A stretch of DNA of 64,000 nucleotides from Eledone cirrhosa (lineage: Eukaryota): assembly GCA_964016885.1 (NCBI GenBank), contig OZ024740.1, positions 57,598,001 to 57,662,000 on the forward strand, given 5' to 3'. The notes under the pieces were generated by a model. It worked only from the letters and a program-made list of their open reading frames with translations, was not told where the DNA came from and did no database searches. Positions 55,220 to 64,000 of the stretch are shown here, one piece after another. Numbering within the stretch: position 1 is the first letter of the stretch; the number at the start of each line of letters is the position of its first letter. The translations under genes and the position numbers were made by a program.

Positions 55220-58200
55220 TTAGGTAAGGTGGGTCTTCTCTGTTACTGAGTACCGCCAAAGGTCTCGGTCCAGTGACATTGTCTTGGAGAGGTGTAAGTG
55301 TGTGAGGTCGGAGTTTATCAGCTCGTCCCAGGTTTTTCTAGGTCTGCCTATTCCGTGGCTACCGTCTATCTTTATTGCCCTGCACTTTGTTATACAGCTA
55401 TCGACTTTCATGCGCATCACGTGTCCATACCAACGTAGCCTTCTCTCGAGTAAACAACATCTGATCCCTCTTATCTCTAATTTTTTCCTTAGTTCGTTTA
55501 TGCTTTGCCGTTCACGTATATTACTGTTACACATCCAGCGGAGCATGCAAGCTTCGTTCCTCTCTAGTCTGCGTATATCCTCTGCACACAATGCCCAGGT
55601 CTCACTGCCATGCAACATTGCTGTTCGTATGCAGGCATCGTACAACCTGCCTTTCATTTTTAGGGAGAACCCTTTAGCAGCTAATAGTGGTATAAGCTCT
55701 CTGAACTTTTTCCAACCAGTTCTGACTCTAGCTACTGTACTTTCAGAGCACCCTCCCCCACTGCTGATTTTATCACCCAGGTAACGGAAACTGTCCACTA
55801 TTTCTATAGAACCCTCTGCGCAATTGAAAGAGCTAGTATTTTGTGGGCACTTGCTGCTACTTATTGCACCAGAGCACCGGCCACATGTAAAATCTATGTT
55901 CTTAGTTAGCTTACCTGTGATCCCACTACATCTTTTATGCACCCATACTTTGCATTTAGGACATAAAATGGAGTTTCTACCTACGCCTTTCCTACACACC
56001 GAGCACGACCATTTCCCGGAAGGGACCGCCGCCTTATTTTCTTTCCTACAAACTAGAACTTTAGTCTTAGCCAGGTTAATTTTAAGGCCTTTTGATTCTA
56101 GGCCGTGCTTCCATGTTTGGAATTTCTTCTCTAGCTCGGCCATTGATTCCGCTATGAGTGTCAGGTCGTCTGCGTATAGGAGTTCCCATGGGCAGCCGGT
56201 CTTGAACTCCTCTGTTATAGCCTGAAGGGCAATAATAAATAGTAGGGGGCTGAGAACAGAGCCCTGATGGACGCCAACTTTTACGCTAAACTCTTCACTA
56301 TATTCGTTGTTAATTCTAACCTTGCTGACTGTTTCTTTATACATGGCTTGTATAGCTCTCACAAGCCATTCATCAACGCCTAGTTTTCTAAGAGCCCACC
56401 AGATAATGGAGCGGGGTACTCTGTCGAAGGCTTTCTCCAAGTCGACAAAAGCTAAGTACCTTTAGCTAGGTACTTCTCCTGTAGTTGTTGTACAATGAAA
56501 AGAGCGTCTGTGGTACTTTTGCCTGACACAAACCCGAACTGCATTTCATCTAGGTCAATTCTCTCTCTGATTAGTTGTGCTATTACTTTTTCCGTGACCT
56601 TCATGACCTGGTCGATTAATTTAATGCCTCTATAGTTACTCCTATCTAGGGCGTCTCCTTTACCCTTATAACAGTTAACGATGATGCTGCTATGCCAGTC
56701 CTTCGGAACAACCCCATTCTGTACGACTTGGTTAACTATACGGGTGACCATGGTGTGTCCCACCGTGCCAGATGTCTTCAGCATCTCAGCAACTATTTCC
56801 GAAGGCCCAGCCGCCTTACCCGTCTTCATATCCTTGATTGCCTTACTTATTATACTCCCCTCGACTAACACTGCTGGTCCCTCTATTGGGTCGATATGGG
56901 GGAGACTGTCTTTCTCCCATTTATTCTCCTCATTTAGTAGCCTTTCATAGTGACACTTCCAAGCTACCTTCTTATCAGCGTCGGTGATGGCAAGTGTGCC
57001 ATCATCGTTTAGTACACACTTCTCCCCGACAATATCACGGTTTTCCTTGACGCATTGCCTAGCAATCCTGAACACCTCACGTTTTTGGTCATCGCGTTGT
57101 AGAACATGCTTGAACTTTCTTTCCTCAGCTTCCCTTCTTGCTAAGTACACTTGTCTCCTAGCTTCCCTCCTGGCCACTTGATAGTCTTCTCTACTTCCCC
57201 CATGCCGCCATACTTTCCAAGCCTGCTTTTTGGCCTTAATTGACCCCTCCACCTTACTGTTCCACCACCATGTTACTCTCCTCCTGCCTACAGGCCTGCT
57301 CCAGCCACAAACTTCGTCTGTCGCCAACAGCAGGTTTGCTTTCAGAAATTCCCACTCTCCCTCTATATTGTCCAACTCTAAATGTTCTTCCTTACTGTCG
57401 AAAGCATCAAGTAATATGCTTTGAAATTTATTCCTGGCTGTGGGGTCCTTTAGCTTCCATATTTTTCTCCTGAGGATAGTCCTCTTCTGCTGTCGAGTAC
57501 GTCTCGTCCTGACTATGAGGTCGCTAATTATCAGTCTATGTTGGGAGGTGCATTCTTCATGGGGGAGGGATTTAGTGTTTACAACAGACACTCTGTCACG
57601 TCTTCTGGTAAGGATATAATCTACCTGGCTTGTGTGTTCCCCGGATCTATAGGTGATCAGGTGATTGTCACGTTTTTTGAAGTTAGTGTTACAGATAGTT
57701 AGGTTATTTGCATCACAGAATTCCAGGATTCTGGAGCCTTCCTCATTTCTAGTACCAAACCCATAGCCTCCATGGATTTCGTCGTAGCCGTCACAATGTT
57801 GTCCAACGTGACCATTTAGGTCGCCTGCAATAATTATATAGTCACTGTCGGATATTTGGGAGGTAGTTAGCATCAGTGTCTCATAGAATCTGTCTTTTAT
57901 AGTGCCGGGCAGTCCGGATTGGGGTGCGTACGCAGATATTACTGTCACCGCAGTTCTATTGAGGACAAGTCGTATTTTAATTATTCTGTCGTTCACTCTA
58001 TTTACGTCTATTATCTTATCTGCCCACTTTTCTGCTACCATGATTCCTACTCCACCCAGCCCATCGTCGTTTCCCACCCAGAAAAGCTTATAACATCGTT
58101 TTTTACCCTCAATGAATCTAGCAGACCCACCCCTCCACCTGGTCTCTTGAATACAACAAACATCGACCTCCTTACGTTCAAGCATTTCTACAACCTCGTT

Positions 58201-58290
58201 AGCGCGACCCTTTAGGGTGCCTACATTTATGGTACCAACTCTGAAGTTTTGGATTGCGTTTGGGGGTTGGGGGCGGTGGGCGATGGGGTC
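55220..58290 (-). pseudogene. RTE-A ORF2 (APE+RT) split by a 10-nt deletion
   Basis: ORFs 56452-58185 and 55220-56440; aacccctcta missing at ~56458 relative to the copy at 34671-34695. Confidence 0.92.
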
Positions 58291-58482
58291 ATGTTAGCCG
58301 TCCGCGGTCGAAACAATGAGGAGTGCTCGCATTCTCGTCCACGAGGTGAATTTGTCTTTATCTTTATCTTTGGCATTGTCGCTGAGCGTCCAGATTTTTC
58401 TCTCTCTCCTCCACTCTCCAGGATTCCGCAGTCCATCCATCCATCATATATCGAAAGGCAACCAGGCAAGCGATAGTATAGG

Positions 58483-58581
58483 CCTCTGGCTTATGATTGG
58501 TCCGCGTAATAATAATACTGGTGATGCGTGGGGGCTCTGGCTTATGATTGGTCCACGTAATAGCAATGGTGGTGCATGGGG
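58483..58581 (-). promoter_or_regulatory. 2 x ~51-bp repeat with CCAAT boxes in the RTE 5' UTR (candidate internal promoter)
   Basis: ctctggcttatgattggtcc.cgtaat duplicated; reads GACCAATCA on the element sense strand. Confidence 0.45.
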
Positions 58582-59159
58582 GCGGGAAGGAGGGGTGTTG
58601 GGTAGCTAGATAGAAGGTAATGATTGAATGGGGTCCTTGCATTTAACAAGCGATTAACAAAAATACAAAATTCATTCTGTTCAATACGACAAAAACTTTC
58701 GTATCTAACAATTAATGATACAAAAAATGTAGATTGTTTTAGCAATAGATTGGCTATTTGGACTCGATACGAAATAGGATTATGGAGGTAGAGATGAAAG
58801 AAAAATATGTACATTACGTTACATGAATATCGTGGGGGAGACAGCAATGCAATGAAATTTGGCGAAGTGAATTTCTATCTTATATATATATATATTTGGC
58901 GAAGTGAATTTCTATCTTATATATATATATATATATAGAGAGAGAGCGAGAGAGCTAAGAGAGAGAGGGGGGGGGGGGATAAAAAGATATCATTCTGCTG
59001 TTGTCATACAATGTACAGATATTTCAAGCACACAATATTTATTATAAAAAGACAAAAATAAAAAATAAAATAGAAGCTGCTTCGTTTGACAAAACATCTC
59101 TCTCACTGATATTTTGGATTTCCGTGTTCTACCTCACATAAACAGGTTGTATTGAAATC

Positions 59160-59990
59160 AACATCATCATCGTTTTACATCTGTTTTTCCATGATTGCAT
59201 GGGTTGGACAAGTCCTGTTCAGAAGAGCATCTCTTCACATGTTGCAATCCTTCATCATCTTCACTGTGAGTCTCAGTGATTTAAGATCAGTTCTCACCAC
59301 TGCTGCCCAGGTCTTCCTCCATTGTGGCTTCCTTCTACTGGGATTTCTTGGCACTTCTTCACCTAGTGATCACCATCCATACTCATCGTATGTCCATACC
59401 AATAAACTCTTCTCTCTTATACCCAGTTTTTCACTCAGTTCATCCAACCTCTGTCATTCTCTTACATCAGCATTGCAAATCCATCAAAGTATGCTTGTTT
59501 CATTTTTCTCCAGCTTGTGCATAACCTCCGCAGTCACTGCCCATGCTTCACAGATATGCAGTATAGCACTTCAAACACAGGCAACATACAGCCAGCCTTT
59601 CATTTGAAGGAAGAAACCTTTCGTTGTCAACAGAGGTAATAGTTCTCTATACTTCTTCCATCCTATCCATATTTTTTTGAGCAGTGCACCAGTGACATTT
59701 GTAACGCAGTTTTCCTCAACAATATCCTGATTCACACTGGCACACTACCTTGAAATGTGGAACACCTCACATCACAAGACATTGGCAAACCTTCTTCTTT
59801 CAGCCTCTAATCAAGCTATGTATACTAGCTTCTCTCTTGGCTACCCGTTACTGGTCTCTGCTACTCCTATTTTTTTCAGTCCTTCCATGCCAGTCTCTTG
59901 GCTTTAATGACTCTATCCACTGTGCTGTTCCAGTACCAAGTCACTCTCTGTCTGGCTGATGCTTTGCTCCAGCCACAAGCCTTATCAGTA
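59160..59990 (-). mobile_element. Highly degenerate, internally deleted RTE
   Basis: Remnants of WYGH, GWKKYRELL, F.LQMKG and RREAS; (CAT)n tail. Confidence 0.75.
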
Positions 59991-60044
59991 GTTCATAATA
60001 GGTTGTGGCATAAGAATTTTATATTATCTTCTATGTCATATATA

Positions 60045-60280
60045 TCTAATGCAATATCAAAACAATATTGATACAATATTGAAAAAATATCAGTACAATA
60101 TTGATGCAATATCAGGAAAATATCGATATAATATTGAAAAATATGAAACCATATTGATACAATCAACATCATCATTTTTACGTCCATTTTTCCATACTTG
60201 CATGGGTTGGACAATATTGAAACAATATCAGTACAATATCGATATAATATCAAAAGAATATTGATACAAAATCGACAAAA
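60045..60280. repeat. ~10-bp unit minisatellite interrupted by an RTE stub
   Basis: Repeated (t/a)acaatat(c/t)ga units; stub at ~60164-60210. Confidence 0.8.
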
Positions 60281-60299
60281 AAAGCAGTTGTCATGCCAA

Positions 60300-60555
60300 A
60301 AAAGTAGGTGTCACAACAAAAAAGCACCCAGCCCACACTGTAAAGTGGTCTTGTAGGCACCATGGTAAAGAGGCACCCAGTACTCACTGTAAATGAGGTT
60401 GGTGTTAGGAAGGGCATCCAGCTGTAGAAATCAAGCCAGAATCAGTTCCCGTATGAGCAAGACATAGTCACCTGACCTGGCATTGCCCACAACAGGACAA
60501 CCCGTCTAACCCATGCTAGCGTGGAAGAATGAATGTAAAACAGTGATGATGATGA
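60300..60555 (+). mobile_element. RTE-B 3' UTR fragment
   Basis: Reverse complement of 60556-60800. Confidence 0.9.
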
Positions 60556-61215
60556 TCATCATCATCATCACCGTTTTACGTCTGTTCTTCCACGCTAGCA
60601 TGGGTTAGACAGGTTATCCTGTTGAGGGCAGTGTCTGGTCGGCTGACTTTGTCTTGCTCATACGGGAACTGATTCTGGCTTGATTTCTACAGCTGGATGC
60701 CCTTCCTAACACCAACCTCATTTACAGTGAGTGCTGGGTGCTTTTTTTCCGTGGAGCCTACATGTCCACTTTACAGTGTGGGCTGGGTGCTTTTTTGCCG
60801 TGGCGTCTCCATGACCACTTTGCAGTGGGAGGGTGTGGGGGCATATTGTCTATATGCTTCAGCTTCGGCTTGTACCCGTGGGAGGTCGGGTCTTCTGTAT
60901 TACTGCGTGACACCAGAGGTCATGGTCGTGTGTCATTGCCTTTGAGAGGTGTAATTGGGTAAGGTCTTCTTGGGTCTCCCCCACTCCGCGGTTTCCATCA
61001 ACTTCTAGTGCTCTGCACCTTTTTATGCAGCTGTCATCCTTCATACACACATGTCCATACCAATGCAACTGCCTCTCCTGCACACAGCATTTGATTCCTC
61101 TTATGCTCAGTCTCTCTCTCAATTCATTTAATCTTTGCGATTCATGTATATTACTATTACACATCCATTGGAGCATGCAGGCTTCGTTTCTTTCTAATCT
61201 ACACAAGTCTTCCAC
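60556..61215 (-). mobile_element. RTE-B 3' fragment
   Basis: VEDLCRLERNE..HWYGHV..TRPP plus 3' UTR matching 41618-42290. Confidence 0.92.
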
Positions 61216-62235
61216 AAAATCAAATTTCAAAGCAATAGGACAAACATTTTTCTCTGAGAGTTCCCCATATTCTGAAGAAGGGATTTTTAAGTCCTGAAAT
61301 ATTAGGACAAAAACAAAAAAGACAATAATAAATACCAGGTAACAAACGCTTTCATTGCCATCATTTTACCGTTCATTTTGCATTGTCTTAGCTTTCTTAA
61401 ACATATCATTTTCTACAGTATATCATCATCATCACCATTTTACGTCCGTTCTTCCACGCTAGCGTATACACATACATATATATATATATATATAAAAATG
61501 TTAGCTATGATTAAATCATTAAACTTGCCTTATCCTGGCAGGTTAAAAACATACATTAATCATCTAACTTGACAGAAAGTGGCTAATAACATTAACATTA
61601 CACTAAGTTGATCTAACAACTTGAAAACTGTTAAATAAGTACAAACTAACTACAGCTGTGTTAGCAACTAAAAATGAAGGTTACAAAAATAAAACAATGT
61701 GGATGAAATCATGGCTGTGAAGAGAAAAATGTTTGCTTCACAACCACATAATTCTGGGTTTAATCTCGATTGCCCAACCTTATGTTGAGTAACGTGTTTG
61801 GTAAATAGAAATTGCATGCATACACACACACATATACATATATATACATGTAAGTGTGGAACAGTGGACATAAAATGATGATGATGATGATATACATACT
61901 CTGTGTATCCCTGCTTGTTGTAACAGGTGGCTAAAAGAGTTGGCATCAGAAAGGACATTTGGCTGTAAAACAGTGTTTCAAAACATCCTGCCTTAGCTGT
62001 GCCAGAATGGAAAAGTAACCGTAAAAAAGATGACTCCAGTACTGGACTGGTATTTTATACTTACATATGGCTTATGTATAATATACATATATCATTATTA
62101 TTAGAGGACATTGTAGTTTGCTTGAAGCATTCTGTAGAGTGTAGACAATATTGTGTTTTTTAGAGGGCTACAGCAATGCAAATGCTAAAAATAATTGTTT
62201 CTACTTTTGGCACAAGGCCAGTAATTATCTCAGTA

Positions 62236-62375
62236 CATTACTGTTACTTTATTTTATCGACCCCATGAGGATGAAAGGCAAAGTTAACCTTGGCGGGATT
62301 TGAACTCAAAATGTAAAGGGACGTAACTATTCTATAAAGCATGGCGTCCGATCCTCTACCGATACTGCCAATTCA
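62236..62375 (-). mobile_element. tRNA-derived SINE head (octopus-type)
   Basis: tttatcgacccc..ggatgaaaggcaaagttaaccttggcgggatttgaactca..ctgccaattca; family recognised from recall. Confidence 0.65.
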
Positions 62376-63389
62376 AATGCTAAAAATAATGATAAAGAGA
62401 TTGCAATGTTACCTTGGAGTTGTTTAATAGTCCTTATATTTCAGAATAAAATACCTTCATCAAAAGAAAAACTGAGAAAACTAATTCAGAGGAGGATATC
62501 TTGTGTTGTTCTTATGCTGGAATTTTTTTAATCTGAAAGCTGTGGGTTTTTTCAACGTCGAAAATGGTGAATGGATCATTATAGTGTATTCTAAGCTATA
62601 GCTACATCTACTGTTGAAGTGGAAGGAAGTGTGGCAGTATGCCTGTCTATGTTAGTCACTGGGTTGAAATTACATTAACACAATCCAACTTCTATACATC
62701 AATGTCAAAGAACAACTCATAGACAAGTGCAAAAACACAAAGAAGGATTTCACAGTTACCATGAAAGCCAGGGATAGCCATACTGGCAACATCCGAATCA
62801 AGGAATCTATTCTAAAAGCCAAACACAAACCCCAAATCCTCCTATTCTGCTACTACACTGGACTCCGCTTGCATAACACTTCCACTCTGGTCCACCTGAT
62901 TCACTCATCTCTTCTCTTGTGACAATAAGCATTTTACTTAGCCCTTCTTTCACAATGCCAGCCCTCAGGAGTCCCTTCTCTACTCAGGTTTTGCATTTAA
63001 AAATCTTCAAATGCATCCATCTCACCTGACTCAGCTGGTATAGAAAGGCCATGTACACAACCCCTTCCACAAGATCAAACAAAAGTTATGGGAAGGCTGT
63101 ATATTTTTTACAGTTTAGTCAAGAAGAAAAGAACAGTAGCTATGACTCTTTAATTCTTTCAGAGACTCTGAGCCTGGTGGGAAGACAGAAGAAATTATTT
63201 TCAAACTTGGCCAAAATGTTTGCAACAAAATGAACTCTGCTAAAGGCAACCAAAGATAAAGGGGTGGTGTTAAACTGGACAACAGATTAAGCCTACCACC
63301 TGAGAACTTAAAAACACAAAGAACTGGAATAAATACCACAAAGCATCTCATTTAATGCTCTAACAATTCTACCAATCCAAATCTACCAC

Positions 63390-63520
63390 TCTGGACTGGT
63401 GCTTTATTTTATTGAGCTAAAAGGAAGTAAGACTAAGTTGATTTTGATGGAATTTGAACTAGAGTATAGAACAAATAACAAAACATTTTGTCCAGTGCTT
63501 TAATGACTGCCAATTCACTA
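63390..63520 (-). mobile_element. Degenerate SINE head, same family
   Basis: gactggtgctttattttattga..ggaatttgaact..gccaattcact. Confidence 0.5.
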
Positions 63521-63591
63521 GGTTAACATATGAGTTAACATCAACAAAACGCTTTTTTAGTTGAGCTTTTATTTTTTTAAAGTAATTAGTA

Positions 63592-63633
<42 letters not shown>

Positions 63634-64000
63634 CACAGTATTTGTAGGACCTCCCAAACTGGTGAGATTGATGTAGTTAATGTTTAGTTTGAACATCTGT
63701 GAGTTGACACCCACAGAGAAAATGTTGGTGGGAAAAAGTTAATCTCAGAGTGATGCTGTTCTGGAGAGGAAGGAAGGGTTGGATGAGATATTTAGACTGA
63801 GATTTGGGAAGCAAGACCACAATATTAAAGACAAGATGATGGGAGAGAGAGAGAGAGATAGATATGTGTCATATGTGTTCATTCTTGTAGCAAATATACA
63901 CCAACATTAAAGGATAACAACCAAATTGCATGCCTACAAAGAGTATTTTAGATATCTTGAAGTTATTTCAGTTTGAAGTGAAACAGATTTGTTAATGAAA

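Larger units (their letters stand above)
54833..58640 (-). mobile_element. Near full-length RTE subfamily A (5' UTR, APE, RT, 3' UTR)
   Basis: RVGTINV..IQETRW..GDLN..VDYIL..SQHR endonuclease, RT, (GAT)n tail; 5' boundary approximate. Confidence 0.95.

Noticed and set aside
58660-58780. gtatc/gatac hairpin followed by GAAA, and a possible HDV-like ribozyme at the RTE 5' end
   Set aside because: No CUGANGA box; I could not build an HDV double pseudoknot by eye.
62413-62532. Candidate 120-bp minus-strand exon with AG/GT borders
   Set aside because: Stops in all three frames.

Overview
Eukaryotic, AT-rich, repeat-saturated window with no host gene I can support. The SINE families resemble octopus (cephalopod) repeats; this is from recall and unverified. 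Contents: many RTE-clade LINE copies of two subfamilies (A and B, both with (GAT)n tails and a PHD-type zinc finger inserted inside the RT), RTE-tailed tRNA-SINEs, a CR1-type LINE fragment, DD37D (maT) Tc1/mariner transposons, and three to four Penelope-like elements (PLEs; RT plus C-terminal GIY-YIG), one with an intact ORF of about 896 aa. Nearly all insertions sit in (TA)n microsatellites, two of which are about 4 kb long. The main hidden signal is a dense set of type I hammerhead ribozymes (HHRs) found by eye: eight with recognisable cores plus several decayed ones. They include a 312-nt tandem retrozyme-like unit, U3:A8 core variants, HHRs with very long stem II, and TA-flanked fold-back palindromes that appear built from HHR/pLTR 3' halves. 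All folds were paired by hand; no computation or database search was run.
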